Source: Octopus bimaculoides (Eukaryota). From it: a stretch of DNA of 64,000 nucleotides. The notes beneath the pieces were generated by a model that was not told the origin of the DNA, searched no databases, and worked only from the letters and a program-made list of their open reading frames with translations. The position numbers were made by a program, and so were the translations under genes. Numbering within the stretch: the first letter of the stretch is position 1; each line of letters opens with the position of its first letter. Of the stretch, positions 1-11,628 are shown piece by piece. The stretch lies in contig NC_068996.1 in the NCBI RefSeq assembly GCF_001194135.2, positions 50,017,505 through 50,081,504 of the forward strand, given 5' to 3'.

Positions 1-8
1 ATATATAT

Positions 9-200
9 GCCATGATAGATCGTTGACCAAACACCATTCAATTTTTTTCTCTCCTTGTTTTCTCCGTATTCTTTCTGTTGAAGAGCGTAGCTCGAAACGT
101 TAAAGACTTTCCATATTCCCGAGCGTCAAACTAATACATCCTTTTGTTGTTTACACCACCTGTCCTCGTCTGTTGTTCTTTTTTTCGTATATTCTCCCCT
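9..200 (+). mobile_element. Penelope-like pseudo-LTR fragment with a minimal hammerhead-like motif
   Basis: TCTTT-CTGTTGAA-GAGC-GTA-GCTC-GAAACGT-T-AAAGA at 70-106; flanked by (TA)n. Confidence 0.6.
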
Positions 201-989
201 ATATATATTTGTGTGTGTGTGTATTTTTGTGTTTGTTCCCTACCACCATTTGACAACTGATATTTGTTTATATTCCCTTAACCTAGTAGTTCAGCAAAAG
301 AGCCCAATAAAATAAATACCAGGCTTAAAAACAAGTACTTCAGTTGATTTGTTCAACTACACCCTTCAGCGCGGTGCCCCAGCATGACCGCAGTCTCATG
401 ACTGAAGCTGATAAAAGATTTGCTTGGCAATTTTACTTTTATTTTGTAATTCACTCTTATCTCTCTCTATTCTTATAAAAAGCAAAGTTTGTTTGTTTGT
501 ACATTGACTGCTGAAAACATTAAATAAAATTGATAATATTTCAGGATTTTCATCTTATTTCAATTAATTTGACCATTCCACAGATAACTGTGCACTTATT
601 TTCTGGAAACGGAATGGTGGGGGGGGGGCGAGTTGGTGGTGCATTGACTCCTATTTCTACTAATCCACATACTGTCTATTTCACTAATGCTTTTTACAGA
701 GTGAAAAAATACTCTGCCTATCACTAATTCCACCTCCAACTTCCTCTAACTTTATACATTCCATTTATTCCTTTGAAGTTGCTACCAGATCTCTGCTTTC
801 TCTCTGTCTATATGTCCCCCTCTATGTCTCTCCCTCTCTCTCACTACCTCTCCTCTTTTTTTCTCTAGAGAAAAAATATGTGAGACAGATAGAAAGAGGA
901 TTAGGGAGAAAAAACAAATGAGACAGAAGGGAGAAGAGATGGTAGTAAGTTGTGGTTGTGTTGGTTGTAGTGGAGGCAATATAGATTAT

Positions 990-3130
990 GACGAAAGAGA
1001 GGAAGAGTTGGAGACATACCGCTTAGAGGACAAGTGCTATAAAAGCTAAGGGACAGGTCTGGAAAGACTAGGAAAACGGTGGAAGCAGAGAATTTTATCA
1101 CATAGCCAAAAGGGTAGCAGGGCATCTGATTAAAATTTCCAGTAGTGTAGGATACAGCTTAGTCACCTGTATATAATCAAGTTATTTAGGAAAGTACCAT
1201 GCCCAATGACTGGTGTAGCAGTATTATAGTTAGCTGCTACAAGGGTAAAGATGATGCCTTATATAGAAACAATTACAGAGGTATCAAACTGTTAGACCAA
1301 GTCATGAAAGTTACTGAGAGGGTTATAGCTCAATTGATTAGAAATAGAATTAAACTAGATGAAATGCAATTTGGTTTTGTACTTGGGAAGAATACCACAG
1401 ATGCCATCTTCCTAGTGAGATAACTGCAAGCAAAGTACTTGGCCAAAAGTAAGCCATTGTACTTAGCTTTCATCGACCTGGAGAAAGCTTTCAACATTTC
1501 AACAGAGTCCCCCGCTCTGTTATATGGTGGTCTCTAAGGAAGTTAGGAGTAGGGGAGTGGCTTGTTAGAGCTATGCAAGCTATGTACAGTGGTACTGTCA
1601 GTCCAGTGAGAGTTGGCCATGAATACAGTGATGAATTTAGTGTACAAGTAGGGGTTCACCAGGGCTCAGTTCTCAGCCCACTCTTATTCATTATAGTCCT
1701 CCAGGTCATAACAGAGGAATTCAAAACTGGGTGCCCATGGGAACTGCTATATGCTTGCTCTTATTGCAGAATCTTTGGCAGAATTGGAGAAGAAATTCCA
1801 GATATGGAAACAAAACCTGGAATCAAAGGGCCTTAAAGTTAACCAAGCAAAGGCCAAAGTTGTTGTTAGTAAGAAAGAAGATAAAACTCTCGTTCTGTCA
1901 GGTAAATGGCCCTGTTCAATATGTAGGAAAAGAGTTGGAAGAAATTACATTCGCTTCACCCAGTGTAAATTATGGACACATAAGAGGTGCAATGGAATCA
2001 TAGGTAGATTAACAGATAAAGTAGTCTTTGTAAGTGGTAGATGTGCAGTAACAATAAGCATTAAGAGCCCACAGGACTTAGATTCTCTCAAATATCCAGG
2101 AGGCTCTCTTGAGGTTGTAGATAGTTTCTGTTACCTAGGTGACCAAATTAGCATTGGTGGAGGATGCTCAGAAAGTATTGGTTCTAGAATAAGAATAGGG
2201 TGGAGGAAATTCAGAGAGCTATATTGTGGTAGGAGGTTTCAGGTATACCTAAAAAAAAAGTGTGTCCCCTTCTGACTGCATTTCTTCATAACTTTCAGAA
2301 AAATAGAATTTTCTTTAATGAAATTTATTACAAATACCTTTCAAAGATGTAGATTCTGATTATATTGGAATTTGATGTGGCAACAAAAGGACTCTCTCTC
2401 AGAGTGAAAGGAAGACTGTATGATGCTTGTGTGTGAACGGCTATACTCCATGGTAGTGAGACATGGGCTCTGAATGCAGAAGATGTGTAGACTAAAGAGA
2501 AATGAAGGAAGTATGCTCTGTTGTATGTGCAACATCAGTGCACATGTATGGCAAAGTGCAAATCTATTGAGAGAAAAGTTGGGCATAAGAAGAATCAAAT
2601 GTAGCATGCAAGAGAGAAGACTACATTGGTTTGGACATATGATGCATATGAATGAGGACAGGTGCATAAAGAAGTGCTGATCACTGAAAGTGGATGGTAC
2701 CCACAGAAGAGAGAGACCCAGGAAGACGTAGGATGAAGTGGCAAAGACCGATCTCAGGATGTTGAGCCTTATGGAGGAAATGACAATAGATCGAGCTGTC
2801 TGGCAGTATGAGGTTCTTGAGAAGATCTGCCCACATCAGTGAAATTGAGTTCTCGAAGCGCTGTGCATCTCACCCACACATAGCAAGAAAACTTCTCACA
2901 CACCCAACCACAACAAACCAAACTACATCTCTTCTCTTCCTCACATTTCCTCCTTCATGCACTATGTTTACCTCCCACTCCCCATTCATGTCCTCTTGGC
3001 CCTGTCTCACTGTATCATTACTATCTGCTAGCCCCCAACCTGTATGTTCCACCCACACTTAACAAGAAAACTTCTCACACACCCTACCACAACAAACCAA
3101 ACTACATCTTTTCTTTTCCTCACATTTCCA
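990..3130 (+). mobile_element. Degenerate RTE-clade LINE (reverse transcriptase, C-terminus and 3' UTR)
   Basis: Broken frames give NYRGIKLLDQVMKV, MQFGF...TTDAIF, FIDLEKAF, VGVHQGSVLSPLLF, YLGDQI and RRLHWFGH; multiple stops and frameshifts. Confidence 0.93.
2222..2376. mobile_element. Probable DNA-transposon fragment nested in the RTE LINE
   Basis: About 155 bp interrupts the RTE between 'ttcagagagct' and 'gcaacaaaaggactc', which lie about 15 bp apart in the homologous RTE copy at 39.5 kb; the AT-rich insert resembles a Tc1/mariner subterminal region. Confidence 0.5.
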
Positions 3131-3436
3131 TTTCAGGCATTATGCCTACCTCTCACTCCCCAATCCTGTCCTCACTGCTATCCAGTAGACTGCCCTCCCC
3201 TACTCTATATACACTCAGGTATTCACCACTCACTTCCTCTCCCCACTCTCTAATCACACTTCTTTCACAGTATCCTGCCATTTATATTACGACCAACCTC
3301 AAGGGTTATTCCCTGGCACCTGCCACCATCTATATCTCTCTCTCTGCCTTTACTCAACCATCCCATTTATATTCTGATCCCTGTCCATTGTGAGTATGCC
3401 TGGCACTTTGCCACCATCTCTATCCTGCTGTCTCCC

Positions 3437-3921
3437 NNNNNNNNNNNNNNNNNNNNNNNNNNNNNNNNNNNNNNNNNNNNNNNNNNNNNNNNNNNNNNNN
3501 NNNNNNNNNNNNNNNNNNNNNNNNNNNNNNNNNNNNNNNNNNNNNNNNNNNNNNNNNNNNNNNNNNNNNNNNNNNNNNNNNNNNNNNNNNNNNNNNNNNN
3601 NNNNNNNNNNNNNNNNNNNNNNNNNNNNNNNNNNNNNNNNNNNNNNNNNNNNNNNNNNNNNNNNNNNNNNNNNNNNNNNNNNNNNNNNNNNNNNNNNNNN
3701 NNNNNNNNNNNNNNNNNNNNNNNNNNNNNNNNNNNNNNNNNNNNNNNNNNNNNNNNNNNNNNNNNNNNNNNNNNNNNNNNNNNNNNNNNNNNNNNNNNNN
3801 NNNNNNNNNNNNNNNNNNNNNNNNNNNNNNNNNNNNNNNNNNNNNNNNNNNNNNNNNNNNNNNNNNNNNNNNNNNNNNNNNNNNNNNNNNNNNNNNNNNN
3901 NNNNNNNNNNNNNNNNNNNNN
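3437..3921. other. Assembly gap (other large gaps at 18010-18980, 24455-25365 and 33039-33515; 10-N gaps at 9468, 21708 and 37021)
   Basis: Runs of N. Confidence 0.99.
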
Positions 3922-4395
3922 CACTCCCCCCTCTCCTATGCTCCATTCTTAACCCCTCTCTTGTCTGCTATCATTCTCAGTGCCCTCTCATATCTACCTG
4001 CAAGCCCTGCTTACTATAGCCCCCCCCCCCATATGTACCTCTATATCCCCCTCCCTGCTGCTCCTACACTTTGCACATCATTCTGCTACTTTCTACTCTA
4101 TTCCCCTTCTTGAACTATTCCTATTTCCATCATCTTACCCTTCTCCATTCCATTATTTTCCCATTGACCACATCCCCACCCTCGTTCATCATTTGCTACT
4201 TTCATTTCCACCCCAAATTCTAACCATTTCTTGCTCTCCCTGCACACTCTTAGGAAACTTCAGAAGTGCAAAATTTTTTTCCATTATTTAACTTGGAATG
4301 AGATATTGATGGGTATTTTTGTTCTTATTTTGTTTAATAAAAATTTTTGTAAAGTAAAATTTTCATTCTAACTTTTTTTTAAATTTTGTTTTCAG

Positions 4396-4468
4396 ACCGA
4401 GTATGCAGTTCAGATGTCTTGTAACAGTTGTGTAAACGCTGTTAAAAAGACTTTGGAAGGAGTTGATG
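4396..4468 (+). CDS. CCS: CCS coding exon (equivalent to human exon 2): ATX1-like domain I with MxCxxC
   Basis: ttttcAG acceptor and G|gtaat donor; 73 nt; translates TEYAVQMSCNSCVNAVKKTLEGVD(G). Size and phases match my recollection of human CCS exon 2. Confidence 0.96.
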
Positions 4469-4859
4469 GTAATATCTTAAATTTACTCAACCCTTTAGCA
4501 TATCAGGCCAAAATATTCTCCCTGTTTTATGTTTAAACTGACCAGATTCAGCCTCTCACACCTACTCTACAATGTCATTCTAAAAATGAACAGTTATATC
4601 ATTAAAGTTGCAAAGTTACAAGATAATGCATGATTAATTCAAAACAATGTAAATAAACAAACAGACTTGACTATATAGGCGTAGGAGTGGCTGTGTGGTA
4701 AGAAGCTTGCTTCCCAACCATATGGTTCTAGGTTCAGTCCCTCTGTGTGGCACCTTGGTTAAGTGCCTTCTACTATAGCCTCAGGCTGACTAAAACCTTG
4801 TGTGTGGATTTGGTAGATGGAAACTGGAAGAGGCCTGTTGTATATAAATATATTGGTGA

Positions 4860-5240
4860 AATGAAGTTCTTGAGAAGACCCACCCATGTCAGCGAAACTG
4901 AGTTCTGGAAGTGCTTTGTGTCCCATCCACACTTAACAAGAAAACTTCTCCCACACGCCACCACAACAAACCAAACTACATCTCTACATTTCTTTTCTTC
5001 CTCACATTTCCACTTCATGCAATATGCTTATTTCCCACTTCCCAATCCTGTCCTCTTGGGCCTCTGCCACTGTATCATTGCTGTCTGCTAGCCCCCAACC
5101 TGTGTGTTCCACCCACATGCCCTGACTCACTATATCATTGCTATTTCCTAGCCCCCCCCCCCCTGACCTGTGTGTTCCATCTACATGTAACAAGAAAACT
5201 TTTCACTCACCCTACCCCAACAGACCAATCTACATCTCCA
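4860..5240 (+). mobile_element. 5'-truncated copy of the RTE 3' end seen at 2810-3130
   Basis: Shares 'gttcttgagaaga...gagttct...aacaagaaaacttctc...cacaacaaaccaaactacatct' with 2810-3130. Confidence 0.8.
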
Positions 5241-5322
5241 CATCTCTTCTCCTGCACTTCCCTCAGGTTGGGTAACTATGTAGTTCCTTTGCAGTGGCGC
5301 ACCTGTTTCTGTCTTCATTCCT

Positions 5323-5478
5323 GATCTCTCTCTCTCTCTCCTTCTCTCTCTCTCTCCTTCTCTCTCTCTCTCCTTCTCTCTCTCTCCCCTTCTCTCTCTC
5401 TCCTTCTCTCTCTCTCCTTCTCTCTCTCTCCTTCTCTCTCTCTCCTTCTCTCTCTCTCCTTCTCTCTCCCTCTCTCCG
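5323..5478. repeat. (CT)n-rich microsatellite with higher-order periodicity
   Basis: ctctctctctctccttct units. Confidence 0.95.
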
Positions 5479-6437
5479 GGTAACCGTGTACTTCCTCTAC
5501 AGCAAAACATTTGTTTCTATCTCACTGTAACCTTTCATCATCCAACACAAGATCACCTCTTCCAATGCCCCTTCCACTCTTGAAAGTTTTTTTTTTGTTT
5601 TTTGTCTTGTAAGTATTTGGTGACCCTATCAGTGCAGGTGCCACTTCAAAACACCCAGCACACACTGTAAAGTGGTTGGTGTTCAGAAGGACATCCAGCT
5701 GTAAAAACTTGCCAAAACTGACCTCGCCTGCGCTTGTGACACATGAAAAGCACTCAGTCCATTCTGCTGGGCGATTGGTGTTAAGAATGGCATCCAGCTG
5801 TAAAAATCCTGCCAAAACAGGCACAAAAGTCTGGTGCAGGCTTCTGCCTGACTGGCTCTTGCGAAACCATCCCACCCATGCTAGCATGGAACACGGACGT
5901 TAAACGATAATGATGATGATAACATATATATTTGTGTGTGTCTGTGTTTGTCCCCTGCCCAATCACTTGACAACCGATGCTGGTGTGTTTATGTCCCTGT
6001 AACTTAGTGGTTTGGCAAAAAAAGAATAATAGAATAAGTACTAGGCTTACAAAGAATACGTCTTGAGGTCAATTTCTTCGACTAACACCCCTTAAGGTGT
6101 TGCTCCAGCATGGCTGCAATCAAATGACTGAAACAAGTAAAAGAATTACCTTTGATAGAGTAATCTGAATGCTAAAGAGTTAAGACCTCCTGTCAAGGTT
6201 TTCATAATTCCACTGTAGTTTAGGATCATATTGAAGAATTCCAATATGGCAAAATAAAATTAGACTGTTGTTGTTTAGTCCCAGTTTCGCTCTGATTGAG
6301 CAGACCAATGTATTACCAAAGGTTCTTCAGTTTTGACTATCTCATCTTACTTTTAAACTACAATGTTCCATGATCCACATTTCTCCAAGATGGTAAGGTG
6401 GAATTTGAGGTTTGATTCAGTTAAATTTTTTACTAGC

Positions 6438-6658
6438 TTAACCCTTTAGCATTTAAACCGGCCACATCCAGTCTTCTAGTTTTATGTTCAAACCAGCCCT
6501 ATTAGGCCACTCGCACCTACTCTACAATGTCTTTCTACAAATAAGCAATCACACAATCACATTATATTAATCTTGAAGTTACAAGACAATACATGTTTTA
6601 TTCAAAACAATGTGAATAGAATAAGCATTTCATTTGACAGACTAATCTGAATGGTTAA
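6438..6658. mobile_element. TTAA-flanked MITE, piggyBac-like termini (also 16517-16726 and 25736-25892; partial copies at about 4488-4660 and 16730-16925)
   Basis: Family termini TTAACCCTTTAGCATT...AATGCTAAAGGGTTAA pieced together across copies; shared body 'cctacaatgtcattctaaaaa...gataatgcatgattaattcaaaa'. Confidence 0.75.
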
Positions 6659-6779
6659 GTAACATTCCAGCATCTCCCATGTTAGGAAGTTGAGTCCTAA
6701 TATACTTAGAAATTGAACTAATTTCTTCCGTTGTTCCATGTATTTATTCTTCATTTTAATTTTCATTGATTTTCCTAAG

Positions 6780-6917
6780 GCATCAGCTCTTTTGATGTAA
6801 ACCTGGAGGAACAGCGTGTTGTGGTTAAATCTGTTTTACTAAGTTCTCAAATTAAAGAACTGCTTGAAAAATCTGGAAGAAAAGTAGCATTACAGGGCTA
6901 TGGAACAGAATTTACTG
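6780..6917 (+). CDS. CCS: CCS coding exon (equivalent to human exon 3): rest of domain I
   Basis: ttcctaAG acceptor, G|gtaaat donor; 138 nt, phase 1-1; (G)ISSFDVNLEEQRVVVKSVLLSSQIKELLEKSGRKVALQGYGTEFT(G). Confidence 0.95.
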
Positions 6918-7243
6918 GTAAATATATCTATTTTCTGGCTTTTCTTTCACTTTTCTGAACTAGTTCTTATTTCTTTAAGTACCTCTTAATCAGTCTTCAA
7001 TTAAATTTTTTTTGTTCATCAATAATAATTAGAAGCAATGTTTTTAACCATTTATTTTCAATTCTATCATATCTATCCAATTTTTTTTTTTACTACATAT
7101 AATATTTAGTAAAGAATTTTAAAACATATCTTTAACACATTAACGTCACATATACCACCAGTGGCTCATTGAAAACTTCACACATCCACAATATGCACCA
7201 CAAGTAGTACATTTTCATAATTTGAGAAAATATTTTCTGTATA

Positions 7244-7604
7244 GGCGTAGGAGTGGCTATGTGGTAAGTAGCTTGCTTACAAACCACATGGTTCCAGGTT
7301 CAGTCCCATTGCGTGGTACCTTGGGCAAGTGTCTTCTACTATAGCCTCAGGCTGACCAAAGCCTTGTGAGTGGATTTGGTAGACGGAAACTGAAAGAAGC
7401 CCGTCGAATATATGTATGTCTGTGTGTGTATATGTTTGTCCCCCCCCCCAACATCGCTTGACAACCGATGGTGGTGTGTTTATGTCCCCGTAACTTAGCG
7501 GTTCGGCAAAAGAGACCAATAGAATAAGTCCTGGGGTCGATTTGCTTGACTAAAGGCAGTGCTCCAACATGGCCACAGTCAAATGACTGAAACAAGTAAA
7601 AGAG
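7244..7604 (+). mobile_element. SINE family A, full-length copy (tRNA-like head, CORE-like ccttgggcaagtg, microsatellite linker, gaaacaagtaaaaga tail)
   Basis: A/B-box-like 'tggctatgtgg' and 'ggttcagtccc'; more than 12 related full or partial copies in the window. Confidence 0.9.
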
Positions 7605-8224
7605 TATCTTTGACCTGGTTTCAAGGATATTTAAATAATATGAGTGCTACATATTAAATTTTAATTATTAAATATTGTGATAATGCCAAAAAATTACATT
7701 TCCTTGTAATCAAACTATATGCAGTGTGACTAGAAATACGTGGCATCACCAATAAGTCCCAATAACAGACTGTAGAAGTTAACGTGTTAGAATCCTTTTG
7801 TGACCATATTTCTAATAAAATATACTGTCCTTGTGTTTCAGTTTTGAAAATAATCAGTATTTCAATAAAATAACCTTTGTGTATCAAACTGGTGTTCAGA
7901 ACATATTTTAATACAGATGTTTTTACAAGAGATTTTGATGGAAAGTTTCAATTTAGACATAAACATATCAGTTAAAGAAGTGGGGTAGTCTGAAGGTGTG
8001 TTGGTGTGTTGTTTCCACCAATACTCCTACTTCTGTTTTTATGATACTAAATTGCCTGTTGGTTGACCCATTTCTACACAATTTCAAAATATTTCCTTTT
8101 TTTTTTTTCTATAAACATAATATGTTCTCAGTTAAACATATGACATTTATTTTATAAACAACATCCAAGTTTATGCTTAAAATGTTTTGTTTCTCTTCAT
8201 TAATGTCAGCCAGTGTTAGCTTTA

Positions 8225-8383
8225 GTGAATCACACACACTTCACATCACACATCACACACACACTCTCATCACACACACACACACTCTCATCACACACAC
8301 ACACTCTCTCATCACACACACACACACTCTCATCACATACACACACACACACACACACACTCTCTTACACACACACACACACA

Positions 8384-8421
<38 letters not shown>

Positions 8422-8620
8422 CTCTCACACATACACACACTCTCTCGCACACATTCTCATGCACACACACACACACTCATGCATACACATTCTCTCACAT
8501 ACACACACACACACTCGCACGCACACACACACACACACACACACTCTCTCTCTCACACATACACACACTCTCTCTCACACACTTGCACGCACACACACGC
8601 ACATTCTCATGCACACAAAG
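8225..8620. repeat. Compound (CA)n/(CT)n microsatellite
   Basis: Directly visible. Confidence 0.97.
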
Positions 8621-9399
8621 CAGATGCATTAGAAAAACGAGCACCAAACAGTGTTATGGTTTGTTGCACCCAGTTCACACATTAAGTGGTTGGTAATGAG
8701 AAAAGCATCCAGGTAGTCAAACCATTCACCCCAAAATGAAGGAATTTAGATGGAAGTGCTGGAGGTTCTGTAAGCTACTGTGAAAGCTGTCCAATGAGGA
8801 GAGAAGTAACTCTCTAATAAAATTGATACAGAGTACAGGAGGCTTTTTAGTTTTGTTGTAGATTTCTCTAGTGGTGCTGGCAATGAAAAATATTGCCCAC
8901 CTATAGCTGATGATTGGTAGGGCATCAAGCCCTTAAACCATATTCTTAAGAAACCTGGCATGCTAAATAACAATGGTTTGGTGGGGAGGGTTCTGTTACT
9001 ATGAGTGCTAGATGACAAAGTGTTCAGTAGTAACATAATACAGTCACAGAAAAATAGGCATAAAATATCCATCATGATGATGATACAACAGTTTTACAGC
9101 ATTATTTTCATGAAGTAGTTGATAAACACTTAGATGTGTTTTACCTTGCTTGGAGACCTGGCATTGTGGAATGGAGCTAATGATAGGAAAGACATCTGGG
9201 TAGAAAATGTCTATCTCAATAAATTCTGTCTTTACTCATGCAAGCATGAAGTGTGAATGTTAAAATGATGATAATGATAATCATGAAGTTCTTACCTTCT
9301 TTAATAATTCAATAAAATTTTAACATGTTGAGATGGATACTAATTCATGTAAATATCTAATCCAAACTATGTCTTGAATGGGATAATATAATAAAACAA

Positions 9400-9655
9400 G
9401 GCGGCGAGCTGGCAGAAACGTTAGCACACCAGGTGAAATGCTTAGCGGTATTTCGTCTGTCTTTATGNNNNNNNNNNTGCTTAGCGGTATTTCGTCTGTC
9501 TTTATGTTCTGAGTTCAAATTGCACCGAGGTCGACTTTGCCTTTCATCCTTTCAGGGTCGATTAAATTAAGTACCAGTTGCATACTGGGGTCAATCTAAT
9601 TGACTGGGTTCCTCCCCCAAAATTTTGGGCCTTGTGCCTAGAGTAGAAAAGAATA
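9400..9655 (+). mobile_element. SINE family B (others at about 12500-12715 +, 27995-28212 -, 35455-35670 +, 59315-59545 -, 62140-62280 -)
   Basis: ggcggcgagctggcagaa head, gagttcaaat B-box, central 'gactttgcctttcatcctttcagggtcgattaaattaagtaccag' (resembles the MetaSINE domain as I recall it; unverified). Confidence 0.85.
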
Positions 9656-9999
9656 TAATAAAACAAGAATAACAAACCAATATGTATAATTTGCTTTCAT
9701 TTAAAATAACTGAGTTGGGTGGATGTATGTTTTTATATACCATTGATGCAGGTGTGGCTGTGTGGTTAAGAAGCTTGCATGGCACCTTGGGCAAGTGTCT
9801 TCTATTGTAGCTCTGGGCTGACAAAAACTGTGTGAGTGGATATGGACATTCAATGATGATGGCAAGATAATATTATTTATTTAGTGTTTATTCTACAAAC
9901 TCATTATTTGTAATATAAAACTGCATTTGTCTTTCGTTGTTTTGAATGAGCTGGTTTCGCATTTACCAAATTTAAGAAGCTTCTTTGATATTAATGCAG

Positions 10000-10183
10000 G
10001 AAAAAATTTGGGTGCTGCTGTAGCTGCAATTGATATGGGTAAAAGTATGGTTCAAGGAGTTATTAGATTGGTACAGGCTTCACCAAAAACGTGTGTCATC
10101 GAAGGAACAATTGATGGCTTAAAACCTGGAGTGCATCGATTGAATATTCATGAATATGGTGATATCTCAAATGGTTGTAATAG
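10000..10183 (+). CDS. CCS: CCS coding exon (equivalent to human exon 4): start of SOD-like domain II
   Basis: aatgcAG acceptor, AG|gtgagt donor; 184 nt; KNLGAAVAAIDMGKSMVQGVIRLVQASPKTCVIEGTIDGLKPGVHRLNIHEYGDISNGCN(S) aligns to human NLGAAVA...EGTIDGLEPGLHGLHVHQYGD. Confidence 0.97.
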
Positions 10184-11367
10184 GTGAGTGCTATTAGGAT
10201 TAAAACATCCCATAAACTAATGATTCTGTTTTTTACAAATACTTTTAAATTAGAATATATTCTAGTGAATTAATAAGGTCAGCTAATAGATTTCAGAGCA
10301 ATATTTTCAGATTTCTTAACCTTTTAGAAATGAAGCCTACTGGTGTTTTCTTTTTTTTTTTTTGCACAAAATATGGAGCCATTTTTATGAAATACAAAAA
10401 AGTGTTAGTTCATCAGACACAGGCTTGGCTGTGTGGTTGAGAAGCTTGCTTCCCAGCCAAGTGATCTCAGGTTCAGTCCTACTGCACAAACCTTGGGCAA
10501 GTATGTTCTATAGCCCAGGTCAGCCAAAGAGCTTTGTGAGTGGATTTGGTAGACAGAAAATGAAACAAGCCTATTGTATATGTACGTGTTTGTACAAGTA
10601 ATTTTGGAGGTGTGTAACATAATGGTTGGGATATTCAGCTCATGGTTGTAATGTCATGAATTTGTCCAGTCAGCTAGCAAACACAACTTGTACCTGTAAT
10701 TCAAAGGACCAGCCTCGTCATATTCTGTGTCATGCTGAATCTCCCTGAGAACTACATTAAGGGTACACGAGTCTGTGGAGTGCTCAGCTACTTGCAAGTT
10801 AATTTCATGTGCAGGCTGTTCTGTTGATTGGATCAACTGGAACATTTATTATTGACAAAGTGCCAGAGTTTGAGTAATTTCATGTTTCTCTGCATGTTTT
10901 TCACTCACTGGTTTATAAACAATGGCTTCACTAACAATGTCATTTGTTTATAGTCCACCTCAAAAGCATGTCCCAGCTTCTTGACATCTTTTGATGTGTT
11001 CCACAAATCTCTATAAACAAAACACACATTTTGTTGTCGTATGTTGTCTGTTCTTCATGTAAACATGTCCAAGCTGGTCATTCTTCATTAGATTTGAAAA
11101 TGTATTGCTTCACTTGGAAACCAGTGGGAGTTGTTGACAGGAAACATATCCAGTCACATTCTGGGGTTTAATTTAAATGTATAAAGTTAGTCAAATTTAG
11201 TACAAAAGATTTTTGTTGAAGAATTTTTTTCTTGCTTTATATAACATTGTGATAGGATACACAAACAAAATGTTATTCAAAGTTAAAATCCTTATAGAGT
11301 ATTAAAGGAATTGATGTATTTTTATAAATTCACATTTAAAAACACAAAATTATTTTTTTTATTTTAG

Positions 11368-11410
11368 TTGTGGAGATATTTATGGTCTAAAGCAAAAGTT
11401 TGATAAAGAT
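11368..11410 (+). CDS. CCS: CCS coding exon (equivalent to human exon 5, shortened)
   Basis: ttttttattttAG acceptor, GAT|gtaagt donor; 43 nt, phase 2-0; (S)CGDIYGLKQKFDKD keeps the frame between the flanking exons. Confidence 0.9.
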
Positions 11411-11628
11411 GTAAGTTTTATTGAATAATTTTCTTTATTCTTTCATGAATGAAAAGTATTCTACACAATAAAAGTATGGTTGAATGTTGTGTACTTCTGT
11501 AAGTTTTAGTAGACAGCCTCATTTCCCAGAGGATGCAACCTTCCTGTTTCTGCCAACTCATAACCTATTACTTTCCATTCCAACATTTCGAGAATGATGG
11601 AGTCATTAACAACCACCATAAATATATC

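Noticed and set aside
5181-5530. Arg/Glu-rich and Ser/Leu-rich ORFs
   Set aside because: Translations of the (CT)n/(AG)n tract.
7244-7330. tRNA genes at SINE heads
   Set aside because: A/B-box-like motifs are present but no cloverleaf, and each continues into a SINE body.
8173-8685. His/Thr-rich ORFs of 139-170 aa
   Set aside because: Translations of a (CA)n microsatellite with no splice or homology support.
9440-9510. Direct duplication within the SINE-B copy
   Set aside because: Identical sequence on both sides of a 10-N gap indicates an unmerged contig overlap.
10860-11160. Possible mariner N-terminal relic on -
   Set aside because: No diagnostic motif or inverted repeat could be read with confidence.
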